Of a stretch of DNA of 64,000 nt, positions 18,070 through 27,698 are shown piece by piece. Below the pieces are notes generated by a model. That model did not search any database, was not told the DNA's origin, and saw only the letters and a program-made list of their open reading frames with translations. The translations under genes and the position numbers were made by a program. This DNA comes from a bacterium (GTDB lineage: Bacteria > Patescibacteriota > Dojkabacteria > SC72), in NCBI GenBank assembly GCA_021463465.1, contig JAJTYH010000002.1, forward strand, positions 1,347 to 65,346, read 5' to 3'. Position 1 is the stretch's first letter; each line of letters begins with the position of its first letter.

Positions 18070-20052
18070 TCAGTTGAGTCGTAGTTTAAGCTCTTTGATT
18101 TCATCCCGTAATTTAGCGGCTTTCTCAAATTGTAAGTTATGTGCATAGAGATGCATTTGGTCCTCAAGGTTTTGAATTACTCTTTTAAGCTCTTTCCTGT
18201 TCGGTTTGTCAGTCTTGACCCACTGAGAGTAGCTGATTTGTGGCTGCTCATCATCTTGCACTAAACGCTCTCTAATAGCCTTAATTATACTTTTTGGAGT
18301 TATATTATACTTCTTATTATACTCTGACTGATATTTCCTGCGTCGATTAGTTTCGTCAATTGCGTATTTCATACTATCCGTTACTTTGTCTGCATACATA
18401 ATAACCCTACCTTCAACGTGTCGTGCAGCGCGTCCAATTGTTTGAACCAAGCTGGTTTTGGACCTAAGAAACCCTTCTTTGTCAGCATCAAGTATCAAAA
18501 CCAACGAAACCTCAGGTAGATCAATACCCTCTCTCAAGAGGTTAATACCTACCAATACATCGTATTCTCCCAATCTAAGGTCTCTTAATATATCAACACG
18601 CTCTACAGTATCTACATCAGAATGAAGATACTGAACCTTCAGTCCTGTGTCTTTAAGGTAGGTGGCAAGGTCCTCAGCCATCCGCTTGGTCAGTGTTGTA
18701 ATGAGAACGCGATGACCTTTATCGACAGCTCCTTGGGCTTCCCTAATCACATCGTCAATCTGGTTTTGTGTAGGTCGCACTGAAACCTCAGGATCTAATA
18801 AGCCAGTAGGTCTCACCAAAAGCTCAGCTACTTCGCCGTGGCTATCTTTAATCTCCCATTCACCCGGGGTAGCTGAAATATAAACAGTTGAGCCCATTTT
18901 GTCGTAGAATTCGTTAAAAGTAAGTGGACGGTTATCTCTAGCGGTTGGCAACCTAAACCCATATTCAATCAAATTATCCTTTCTAGCTTTATCACCATTA
19001 GACATTCCGCCTACCTGTGGGATTGTAATGTGTGATTCATCAACCAAAAGTAAATAATCATCGGAGAAATAATCAAGGAGCGTAAATGGAGGTTGCCCTT
19101 CTTTGCGACCGTCAAAATAGATTGAGTAGTTCTCCATACTCTTGCAAAAACCTACCTCTTTAATCATCTCGACGTCGTACATTGTTTTCTGGTACAAACG
19201 ATTCGCCTCAAGCTCTTTACCGAGATTCTTTAAGAAATCAGTTCGCTTCTTAAGATCTTCCTCAATTCTATGAATCGCACCTGCAAGTACTTCGGGTTCA
19301 TAAACCATTGAGGTAGCTGGGAAGACCTCAACTTCTTCTTTGACTTGAAGTTTGTGTCCAGTGATACTGTCAATATAAGAAAGCCTTTCAATTTCATCTC
19401 CGAAAAACTCAATCCGCAAAGGAAAATCATCGTACGTCATGAAAATATCTACCACATCACCCTTAATTCTAAATTTGCCTGAAACAAAGTCCTCACCTTG
19501 TCGAGTATATCTCATTAAAGTTAGCTTCCTGGAAAGGGTGGCAATACTTAACTTTTCTCCTACCTTAAGAGTTAGGGCTTGATTAGCGTAGTTTTTAGGA
19601 CTTCCGATATTATATATACATGAGACTGATGCAACAATTATAGTATCACTTCTGGTTACTGCGGCATTCATAGCTGAAAACCTTAAACGCTCAATCTGTT
19701 GGTTAGTTTCAGATTCTTTTTCTATATAAAGATCACGGTTAGGAAGGTAAGCTTCAGGCTGGTAGTAGTCATAATATGAAACAAAATATCGTACAGCATT
19801 ATCTGGAAAGAACTCTTTAAATTCTTCAAACAGTTGTGCCGCCAGAGTTTTGTTGTGTGAAAGCACTAATGCTGGTCTATTGGTTCTGTTAATCAAGTTT
19901 GCCATAGCAAACGTCTTACCTGAACCTGTTACTCCTAGAAGCACCTGCTTGTTTTTACCCCTATTAATGTTATCAACTAGCTTATCAACAACCTTAGACT
20001 GCTCAACTGAGGCATCAAAGGTTGATTTTAATTGAAAAGGTTTATGAATCAC
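18070..20052 (-). CDS. uvrB: excinuclease ABC subunit B
   Basis: A 660-aa ORF with Walker A (GVTGSGKT), helicase motifs, and the C-terminal UVR domain (AAKLRDEIKELK). Confidence 0.95.
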   Translation of the reverse strand: MIHKPFQLKSTFDASVEQSKVVDKLVDNINRGKNKQVLLGVTGSGKTFAMANLINRTNRPALVLSHNKTLAAQLFEEFKEFFPDNAVRYFVSYYDYYQPEAYLPNRDLYIEKESETNQQIERLRFSAMNAAVTRSDTIIVASVSCIYNIGSPKNYANQALTLKVGEKLSIATLSRKLTLMRYTRQGEDFVSGKFRIKGDVVDIFMTYDDFPLRIEFFGDEIERLSYIDSITGHKLQVKEEVEVFPATSMVYEPEVLAGAIHRIEEDLKKRTDFLKNLGKELEANRLYQKTMYDVEMIKEVGFCKSMENYSIYFDGRKEGQPPFTLLDYFSDDYLLLVDESHITIPQVGGMSNGDKARKDNLIEYGFRLPTARDNRPLTFNEFYDKMGSTVYISATPGEWEIKDSHGEVAELLVRPTGLLDPEVSVRPTQNQIDDVIREAQGAVDKGHRVLITTLTKRMAEDLATYLKDTGLKVQYLHSDVDTVERVDILRDLRLGEYDVLVGINLLREGIDLPEVSLVLILDADKEGFLRSKTSLVQTIGRAARHVEGRVIMYADKVTDSMKYAIDETNRRRKYQSEYNKKYNITPKSIIKAIRERLVQDDEQPQISYSQWVKTDKPNRKELKRVIQNLEDQMHLYAHNLQFEKAAKLRDEIKELKLRLN

Positions 20053-20103
20053 TTTGACTCGTATATAATGCTAACTGGTTATTATACAATTAATTAAGAA
20101 ACT

Positions 20104-21875
20104 ATGCCTGAACTTAAAAGGTTATCGGATGAGTTGATTAGTCAGATCGCGGCTGGAGAAGTGGTTGAACGACCTGCTTCTGTACTTAAAGAATTAATAG
20201 ATAATTCAATAGACGCTGGCGCTACTCAGATAAAGGTAAAGCTCAAAGATGGTGGTCTGAAATTGGTTGAGGTTTCTGACAACGGTAGCGGAATGCCCAA
20301 AGAAAATCTTTTGAAAGCTTTTGAACCGCATACGACAAGTAAGATTTCTAATCTGAAGGATCTTAGTGACATAAGGACGATGGGATTTAGAGGAGAAGCC
20401 TTAGCAACAATACTTTCGGTAGCTCAGGTAGAAGTCACATCAGGGCATGACAAGAGTGCGTATTCAATCGTGTTTTCTCAGGAACGCACACCGAAAAAGG
20501 CGGCTCGGAATATAGGTACGACAGTTTCTGTGGCTAACCTTTTCTTCAATACCCCAGCTAGACTAAAGTTTATGAAGACTGCAGAGACGGAATATCGTAA
20601 GATTTTGGAGGTATTTAATAGCTATGCCTTAGCTTATCCTAAAATTCACTTTATTCTTGAAAAGGATCAGAAAGAAGTCTTTAATCTTCCCTCCAGAAAT
20701 GAGGTGAATTTGGACAAAAACAGGGTATTTGAGGTTCTGAAAAAAGCTTTTGTGGAGCGAATGATTCCGATTAAGTCTGAAGGGGCAGGTATTAAAATTA
20801 TCGGACTGATAGGACATCCTTCGGATAGTGCTGTAAAGCAGAATGAACAGTATGTTTTTGTGAATAACCGTCCAATTTGGGATAACGGTATATCAAGAGC
20901 TATACACCAAGGTCTTTCCCGCTTTATTCCACATATGTTTAAGGTGCCGTTTATTATAAAGCTTTTTGTTAAAGCCGATTTAGTTGATGTAAATGTCCAT
21001 CCACGTAAGGAGGAAGTGAAATTTATCAATCCTTTCAGGGTTTATATAGCTATTGAGCAGGCGGTCAAACAAACCGTAGAGCAAGCGACCCAAATGGCAT
21101 ACACGCCACCATCTTCATTTAAGCAAAGTCAACCTACCAAAGGTTACTTATTTGACAACACTGAGATAACTTATACGAAACAAAACGACGTGAAGGAGGT
21201 GAGATTTGGTAAAAAAACTTCTGATTTTAATATTTCCAGAAGCATTGACTTTACCAAGCATATATTGAGAGCTGAAGATACTCAAACCTTTAAGTCTGAA
21301 CCTTTTAAAGCGGTTTACCAACTGTTTAATAAGTATATTGTCATAGAATTTGAAAGTGGGATTTGGCTGATTGATCAGCATGCGGCAGCAGAGAGAATTA
21401 CCTTTGAAAGGTTAGAGAAACAGTATCAAAGTAAGAAGAAAGAGATTCAAAAGCTTTTGGTTCCAACCACAATTGAGATTAGCGATGCTGAAAGTTCCTA
21501 TTTAAAGGAAAATCAGCAATTTTATGAGGATTTAGGCTTTGAACTTAAAATCAATGAGAATGTTTTAGAGATATATTCCATTCCTTCTTTCTTGATGGTA
21601 GGTGGAGTAGAAGAAGTTTTTAAATCGTTATTTGACATCAAAGACGGAGTTACCGATCTCAAGGATAATTACGAAAAAAAATGGGAGATATTTTTGCTGC
21701 TATTGCCTGCCACAGTAGTGTTAGAGCTGGTCAGGGGCTTTCTACACCTGAACTTATCAACATTTATCAAGAACTAGGTCAATGCCGAAATCCTTTTTCT
21801 TGTCCTCACGGCCGTCCTGCAGTGTGGAAGCTGCCATTGACTGAAATCGACAGTCATTTTTTACGGACATACTGA
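20104..21875 (+). pseudogene. mutL: DNA mismatch repair protein MutL, interrupted by a single-base indel in an A8 homopolymer (21674-21681)
   Basis: The N-terminal 20104-21777 piece carries the GHKL ATPase (ELIDNSIDAGA...SDNGSGM). The conserved MutL C-terminal endonuclease/dimerisation motifs (IAACHSSVRAGQ...CPHGRP) sit in a different frame (21681-21875). The switch coincides with the A8 run; adding one A (or removing two) restores ...DNYEKKMGDIFAAIACHSS. Confidence 0.7.
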
Positions 21876-22741
21876 TGAGATATCTAAAGCTACCTATCAA
21901 AGGTAATCTAAACATAACAGAGGGTTGGATTTATACTCAGGAAGAGCGCAAAATTCATCACAACTACTTTCATAAAGGGGTCGATTTCCAGACTTCGTAT
22001 CACCAGCCTATCTTTGCTAGTGCAGATGGGTTTGCAGTAGCCTCATACCATAGATTTCCACTTAACGATCCCTTAGGTATGCCTTTACTTTATATGAACA
22101 AACCACTCTCTAACGGTTTAGGATTATTTGTACAGATTTATCACCCACCAAAAGTTTACGGAGCGAATGAATGGAGAATTACGCAGTACGGGCATTTATC
22201 AGAGTTGAAAAACCATAAGTTACTTCGAAACACAGGCCCAATTGATTATGACTTGGAAGGCAAAATCATTAGAAGAAACAAGCGAAAACGAAAATACAAA
22301 CTCAGCGAAATAGAGCTTAACAAATTAATCTCAAAATTTAGAGTATTAAAAAAGAAGTTTTCTTGGATTAGTAACATTTATGGTTATAACTTTTTTGGCG
22401 ATATTTATACTAAGGAGTCATATATCTTAACCCCAGATGAGATATTGGTATTAGTAAAAGAGAATCATCCGAGTGTTTGTAAGGTAAAACAAGGTGAGCA
22501 GATTGGATATAGTGGTCAGTCGGCTGTATTTTATGGCAATCTTCCTTATAACGAAGATAATATTAAAAGTATTAATGAATTTGAAAATACATGGGACGAA
22601 ATTCATCTGCACTTCGAAGAAGCTACACGTAACTGGAAAAGTGGTGCAAAGATTGACCAGAAAGATGCATTTGGGATATATAAGAGCAAGAAATGGTACC
22701 AAGGAAAAGGTTTGATGCATTCAATGTTTGCTGACCTATAG
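21875..22741 (+). CDS. M23-family (LytM-like) metallopeptidase
   Basis: HKGVDF...PIFASADG (HxxxD motif) and a downstream HLHFE (HxH) motif, with a roughly 100-aa K-rich insertion. The ATG overlaps the mutL TGA. Confidence 0.55.
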   Translation: MRYLKLPIKGNLNITEGWIYTQEERKIHHNYFHKGVDFQTSYHQPIFASADGFAVASYHRFPLNDPLGMPLLYMNKPLSNGLGLFVQIYHPPKVYGANEWRITQYGHLSELKNHKLLRNTGPIDYDLEGKIIRRNKRKRKYKLSEIELNKLISKFRVLKKKFSWISNIYGYNFFGDIYTKESYILTPDEILVLVKENHPSVCKVKQGEQIGYSGQSAVFYGNLPYNEDNIKSINEFENTWDEIHLHFEEATRNWKSGAKIDQKDAFGIYKSKKWYQGKGLMHSMFADL

Positions 22742-22747
22742 ATACGA

Positions 22748-23431
22748 TTGATATACTCAGTCGTGATCAAGGTTAGAAATCTTCGGAAAATCTACAAGCC
22801 GAGTAAGAAAGTTCAAGTACATGCTGTGAATGATGTCTCTTTTGAGATTGATCATGGCAGTACTGTTACAATTGTTGGGCCTTCTGGTTCTGGTAAATCT
22901 ACAATCCTTAATATTTTAGGAGGACTAGACTCACAATACATGGGCGAGGTGATGGTGAATGATAAAGAAGTTCGTAAATACAATCCAAATTATTATCGAA
23001 GACATGTTCTTGGTACTATATTTCAACAGTTTTACCTAATTCCTTCATTAACTGTTGCTGAAAACATTCTTTTACCCATCAAATTTGGGAAACAGTTAAA
23101 CAAGGCTCAAACAATGGAGAGGTTAATGTATCTTTTAGAACGCGTAGATCTGAAGAATCGAGCCAATCACTTACCCAGCGAACTCTCTGGAGGCCAAGCA
23201 CAAAGAGTGGCAATAGCAAGAGCATTAATGGGAAAGCCTCAGATTTTGCTTGCTGATGAACCAACAGGGAATTTGGATTCTAAAACAGGGAGAGAGATTT
23301 CCAAATTACTTTTTGACTTGAATAAGGAAGAACAAACTACCCTTGTAATAGTAACACATGACAAGAAACTCTTTAAACAAGCGTCGGAGAGCATTTATTT
23401 AAGAGATGGTAAAACTGTAAAGTCACTTTAA
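22748..23431 (+). CDS. ABC transporter ATP-binding protein (MacB/LolD-like)
   Basis: Walker A GPSGSGKST, signature LSGGQAQRVAIARAL, Walker B ILLADEPTGNLD. TTG start. Confidence 0.85.
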   Translation: MIYSVVIKVRNLRKIYKPSKKVQVHAVNDVSFEIDHGSTVTIVGPSGSGKSTILNILGGLDSQYMGEVMVNDKEVRKYNPNYYRRHVLGTIFQQFYLIPSLTVAENILLPIKFGKQLNKAQTMERLMYLLERVDLKNRANHLPSELSGGQAQRVAIARALMGKPQILLADEPTGNLDSKTGREISKLLFDLNKEEQTTLVIVTHDKKLFKQASESIYLRDGKTVKSL

Positions 23432-24708
23432 TGTTTAAATACGCTTTACAAATCATATTCAGACGTAAACTCAGAACTTTTCTGACCAGTTTGGGAATTA
23501 CAATAGCCATCGTGCTTCTAGGTTTCATTATATTTGGAATGGGGGATTTACAGAAGCTTTTTGTGAACGAATTTAACTCACAGTTTCAGCCAAATCAGGT
23601 TATAGTATCCCGTTTTGGATTAAACTCGATTCTTCCATCAGCTGATGACTCAGAAAAAAATGAAGAAATAAAGAAGGCAATTTTCAATACTAAAGTAATT
23701 AACGAGATTAGGGCTCGTGATGACGTAAAAAGCCTGGAACCACAAGTTCTAGTATCTGGTATGCAGATGAGATTAAAAGGTAGCAAAAAGGTCTATGGTC
23801 AACCGTTCATTTCGGGCTGGGATGCAACCAGAGATAATCCGTACTTTGTAAGCGTAACTTCTGAGCAAGATAAGCCTGGCAAGGGTGAAGTTTTTGTTTC
23901 GACTTTCTTTTTAGATTTTTATAACAAATCTGTCGAAGAAGTTATAGGGAAGACAGTTTTTATTGAGTCTTCAAATGCGTCAATTTTTACAACTAGGTCA
24001 AAGAGTAATTTTAATAAAAGCTTTAAATACAAAATTACTGGTGTCTTCAATCCGGGACAGGATCGTAACGACGCAATGTTAAATACTAAAGAAGCCTTAA
24101 ATCTATTGGTAGATATTGGTGGCTATAAGAATAGTAGTGAGTATTTAAATGAAATAGGTTACGATCAGTTAATGATTACTGTAAATCAAGATGAAATAGA
24201 AAACTTTAAGACTGATTTTGAAAATAGGTACGGTTATAAACCGATTTCCTCTGATGAAATTCTAGGTTTTTTGGGTAATATTACTCAAGGTTTGACTGTT
24301 GCACTCGCGATGTTTGGGTTAGTTTCTGCTATTGTTGCTTCAATTGGAATTATCAATACTATGATTATGAGTATTTATGAACAGACAAAAGAGATTGGAA
24401 TTATCAAGGCCATTGGAGCATCAAACTTTCAGGTTTTAGTAATCTTCCTGATTCAATCAGCTTCAATCGGTTTAATTGGTGGTCTACTCGGACTAGGTAT
24501 TGTATACATTGGAATGAAAGTTGCAGATCCTTATATTGTTGCCGAGCTTGGCAAAGCTGGCTTTACTCTTACTCGATACTTCACTTTTGACCCTAAGATT
24601 GCATCAGTGATTATAGGATGTAGTATTTTTGTAGGTGTAGTTGCTGGCATATATCCTGCATCAAGAGCGGCAAGACTTGACCCTGTCAAAGCACTTAGGT
24701 ACGAGTAA
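23431..24708 (+). CDS. ABC transporter permease, FtsX/MacB-like
   Basis: N-terminal transmembrane helix, a large periplasmic domain, and the C-terminal FtsX 4-TM bundle. Its start overlaps the ATPase stop. Confidence 0.8.
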   Translation: MFKYALQIIFRRKLRTFLTSLGITIAIVLLGFIIFGMGDLQKLFVNEFNSQFQPNQVIVSRFGLNSILPSADDSEKNEEIKKAIFNTKVINEIRARDDVKSLEPQVLVSGMQMRLKGSKKVYGQPFISGWDATRDNPYFVSVTSEQDKPGKGEVFVSTFFLDFYNKSVEEVIGKTVFIESSNASIFTTRSKSNFNKSFKYKITGVFNPGQDRNDAMLNTKEALNLLVDIGGYKNSSEYLNEIGYDQLMITVNQDEIENFKTDFENRYGYKPISSDEILGFLGNITQGLTVALAMFGLVSAIVASIGIINTMIMSIYEQTKEIGIIKAIGASNFQVLVIFLIQSASIGLIGGLLGLGIVYIGMKVADPYIVAELGKAGFTLTRYFTFDPKIASVIIGCSIFVGVVAGIYPASRAARLDPVKALRYE

Positions 24709-24710
24709 AG

Positions 24711-25295
24711 TTACAAAGCTAGCCTCTTCTCAACTACATCCCAGTTAACTAACTGCCACCAATTTTCAACATAAGCACCTCTGTCGTTTTTGTAGTCTAG
24801 GTAATAGGCATGCTCCCAAACATCAATTGCCAGCAACACATTGTAAGTGTTGAGTCCTAGCAAATTGTGCTTCTCTAATTGGCCAATTAATAGATTTCCA
24901 TTATTATCAGAGTATAAAATCGCCCAACCAGAACCTTCAACAGTCTTTGCGGCTTCAGAAAACTCATTTTTAAAGGCATCATAAGAACCAAAGCTTGACT
25001 CTATTTTTTTCTTCAGAGAGTCTGAGGGTGCGTTACTTTCCTTTACAGCCCGCATATTCTCCCAAAATAACTCGTGCATTACATGGCCATTAACATTAAA
25101 GCTAAGATCTCTCATAATCGCCTTAACATTTACGAGGTCTCCTTTTCGACCTTTTTCAAGTAGTTCGAGCGCAGCATTAGCGCCATTTACATATGCCATA
25201 TGATGTTTATCGTAATGAAGTTGTACTATCTCTTTTGAAATAACAGGGGAAAGTGCGTCATATGCGTAAGGCAATGGCTTTAATTCGTATTTCAT
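24711..25295 (-). CDS. sod: Fe/Mn superoxide dismutase
   Basis: MKYELKPLPYAYDALSP...HHxxY and the C-terminal DVWEHAYYLDY metal-binding motif. The likely start is Met5 of the tabulated ORF. Confidence 0.9.
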   Translation of the reverse strand: MKYELKPLPYAYDALSPVISKEIVQLHYDKHHMAYVNGANAALELLEKGRKGDLVNVKAIMRDLSFNVNGHVMHELFWENMRAVKESNAPSDSLKKKIESSFGSYDAFKNEFSEAAKTVEGSGWAILYSDNNGNLLIGQLEKHNLLGLNTYNVLLAIDVWEHAYYLDYKNDRGAYVENWWQLVNWDVVEKRLAL

Positions 25296-25392
25296 ATTTA
25301 AAAGCAATTAACTTAACATTTTGATTTTAACGTTTTCTTTTCATACAATCTAGTTTAAAATTCAATAAGTAATTTGAGCAGGTTTAATTATT

Positions 25393-25683
25393 ATGAAAAT
25401 GAACTATTCTCTGGCGAGCAGATATTCACGAATTTTTAAACTGATGGGCAACCCTTATACATTAATAATCTTAGACCATCTATTTGAGAATCGTAAACCT
25501 ATGACACTGGAAGAGCTTGTCGTCGTGTCTAAAACTACTAAAGGAACAGTTCAATCAATCTGTGAGGAGCTTTATGACCTTACTATTGTCGATCGTGATT
25601 ATGCTGGCGAAACGACCACTTATACTGCACTAGATACAAGTTATGCCAACTACATTGAAAAGATGATTGAATATATCGATTAA
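25393..25683 (+). CDS. ArsR/SmtB-like winged-helix transcriptional regulator (putative)
   Basis: A 96-aa ORF. RIFKLMGNPYTLIILDHLFENRKPMTLEELVVVSKTTKGTVQSICEEL fits the ArsR HTH pattern. No metal-binding Cys pair is apparent. Confidence 0.45.
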   Translation: MKMNYSLASRYSRIFKLMGNPYTLIILDHLFENRKPMTLEELVVVSKTTKGTVQSICEELYDLTIVDRDYAGETTTYTALDTSYANYIEKMIEYID

Positions 25684-26639
25684 GCTTCTTGTAGGTATTT
25701 TTCTACCTCTAGTACAGCACTTACAGCCATCCCTGATGCCGTTGCGGCTTGCCTATACGTGTAATCCACACAATCTCCTGCAGCAAATACCCCTTTGATA
25801 TTTGTAGAGAATCTATAGGGAAGGGTGTAACCTGACTTTATCTGCTCTATGTTTTCATACATCACACGTTCCTTTGTATAGATATATCCTTTCTCATCAA
25901 GCTGTACTCCTGAATCCGCAAGAAAAGTAGTGGCTGGTATATGCCCAATGGCTAAAAACAGACCTTGAGTGCTTACCGTTTGTTCTTGGCCATTCGCTAT
26001 AACTTTCACGGCTTCAACCCTATCTTCTCCTATAACTTCTTTAACTGTAGTATTCCACAACACCTTAATTTGTGGATGATTTAAAACTCTTTCTTGCATG
26101 ATTTTTGAAGCTCTAAAAGTATCTCTGCGATGGACAACTATTACATTCTTAGCAAATTTAGTTAGATATAGAGCTTCTTCCATTGCGCTATCTCCGCCTC
26201 CTACAACCACAACATCCTTATCTTTAAAGAAAAAACCATCGCATGTTGCACATGCTGAGACTCCGTGGCCTCGTAGACGTTGTTCAGATTGTAAACCAAG
26301 CCATTTAGGCTCTGCTCCAGTCGCTATTAACAATGCCTCGGTCTCGTATTCCTCATCAGTTTCTGTCATTACTTTTATCACTGAGCTAGTTTTTACCTCT
26401 TTTATTTTCTGCGATACTATTCTGGTACCAAACCTTAAAGCTTGATTACGAAATTGCTGCATCAATATAGGTCCCAATATTGGATTCTCAAATCCTGGGT
26501 AATTTTCAACATCGGAGGTTAAACCTAGCTGTCCACCAGGAATACCTTCAAAAAGTATCGGATTAAGAAGTGCTCGTGAAGCATAAATAGCTCCTGCTAA
26601 ACCAGCAGATCCACCTCCAATAATAATCAGTTTCTCCAT
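25680..26639 (-). CDS. trxB: thioredoxin-disulfide reductase
   Basis: N-terminal FAD site GGGSAG, redox-active CATCDG, and NADPH site GGGDSAMEEALYL. Confidence 0.9.
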   Translation of the reverse strand: MEKLIIIGGGSAGLAGAIYASRALLNPILFEGIPGGQLGLTSDVENYPGFENPILGPILMQQFRNQALRFGTRIVSQKIKEVKTSSVIKVMTETDEEYETEALLIATGAEPKWLGLQSEQRLRGHGVSACATCDGFFFKDKDVVVVGGGDSAMEEALYLTKFAKNVIVVHRRDTFRASKIMQERVLNHPQIKVLWNTTVKEVIGEDRVEAVKVIANGQEQTVSTQGLFLAIGHIPATTFLADSGVQLDEKGYIYTKERVMYENIEQIKSGYTLPYRFSTNIKGVFAAGDCVDYTYRQAATASGMAVSAVLEVEKYLQEA

Positions 26640-26653
26640 AACTCTTAAGTATA

Positions 26654-27103
26654 CTAGTGTTTTATATATTTTTGAAATAGTGACTGGTACCTTTTAAAGG
26701 TATACAGAAAGCCTGAATGTAATGGTTTGGGTAATTTGTCTAATGAAAACCATGAAAAAGTTTCAAACTTATTTGGCTCGTTGTTTCTAACTTCTTTAGG
26801 GTCAACTAAAACAAAAAAGGGGATAGCAACCCAATGTGTTTTTTTCCCGTTCAACAAGCGAAAAATAGTATGTACTGGCACAGCCTCCTGAATAGTTATA
26901 TTCTTGCACCCATACTCTTCTTTTATTTCCCTGACAACATTTTGTTCAGGAGTTAGTCCTAATTCAAGTAGACCAGAGCCAGGATCCCACCTACCTTGTT
27001 CATCCCGAGCATTACGACTACGTTTACTTAACAGGAAAAGGCCATTGCCATCATTACAGTAAAATGGAGTACATATTCCGACGTAGTCTATACCTGGTTT
27101 CAT
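26654..27103 (-). CDS. NUDIX hydrolase
   Basis: Nudix box GSGLLELGLTPEQNVVREIKEEYG (GX5EX7REUXEEXGU). Confidence 0.75.
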   Translation of the reverse strand: MKPGIDYVGICTPFYCNDGNGLFLLSKRSRNARDEQGRWDPGSGLLELGLTPEQNVVREIKEEYGCKNITIQEAVPVHTIFRLLNGKKTHWVAIPFFVLVDPKEVRNNEPNKFETFSWFSLDKLPKPLHSGFLYTFKRYQSLFQKYIKH

Positions 27104-27112
27104 ATCGTTATA

Positions 27113-27186
27113 TCGGGGAGACAGGACTTGAACCTGCGACCTCTGCGTCCCAAACGCAGCATTCTAGCCAACTGAACTACTCCCCG
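27113..27186 (-). tRNA. tRNA-Pro (anticodon UGG)
   Basis: Reverse complement folds with acceptor CGGGGAG/CTCCCCG (C1:G72, typical of tRNA-Pro), anticodon stem CTGCG/CGCAG with loop TTTGGGA, and T-loop TTCAAGT. Confidence 0.85.
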
Positions 27187-27217
27187 AAAAGTACTCTTCC
27201 GAGTACTTAATTAAAAC

Positions 27218-27550
27218 TTAGTATTTGTTTACTAAATCCAAGGCAAATTTTGAAACGTTGGGGATATCCCATCGCTCTCCCTTGTATGCCTTCAGGGCAG
27301 CCATAATGGTTAAAATCAAACCAATAAGGTTAACAAAAGGCGCAATACAAACTACTAGGGACAACACTAAGAGCACAAGAGTGATTACTGAGAATTGCGC
27401 TGCATAGTATCTCACAAAAAGATCCTTCTTTTCAACTAAAAACACTACCACTGCTATCATAGGAATACACGCTACAACAGCCAGAAGCGCATTATCTTTG
27501 TTAAATTTAATATCATCTAACGTTACGACTCGTTTAGCCTCTGTTGCCAT
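27218..27550 (-). CDS. small membrane protein (DUF4870/Tic20-like, putative)
   Basis: A 110-aa ORF with 2-3 transmembrane helices. FVRYYAAQFSVITLVL resembles the DUF4870 core. Confidence 0.3.
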   Translation of the reverse strand: MATEAKRVVTLDDIKFNKDNALLAVVACIPMIAVVVFLVEKKDLFVRYYAAQFSVITLVLLVLSLVVCIAPFVNLIGLILTIMAALKAYKGERWDIPNVSKFALDLVNKY

Positions 27551-27661
27551 AAAAATATGTATAAAATTTAAAAACTGCAGTTAAGTATATTAATTCTCTT
27601 ATTAATAATCAAGGTATCAGTATTTAATTATATAAGCTGTTGTAAACTTAATTAGAGCCAG

Positions 27662-27676
27662 GTATACTACGTATAC
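27662..27676. promoter_or_regulatory. candidate LexA operator: GTATAC-N3-GTATAC, embedding the perfect 10-bp palindrome ACGTATACGT
   Basis: Palindromic half-sites 23 bp upstream of the lexA start codon. Only one copy was seen in the window, so the assignment is tentative. Confidence 0.25.
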
Positions 27677-27698
27677 GTTAAGTTAATTATGAAAGTTT

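Noticed and set aside
26098-26445. 115-aa plus-strand ORF inside trxB
   Set aside because: Antisense to a confidently assigned gene; the translation is low-complexity.
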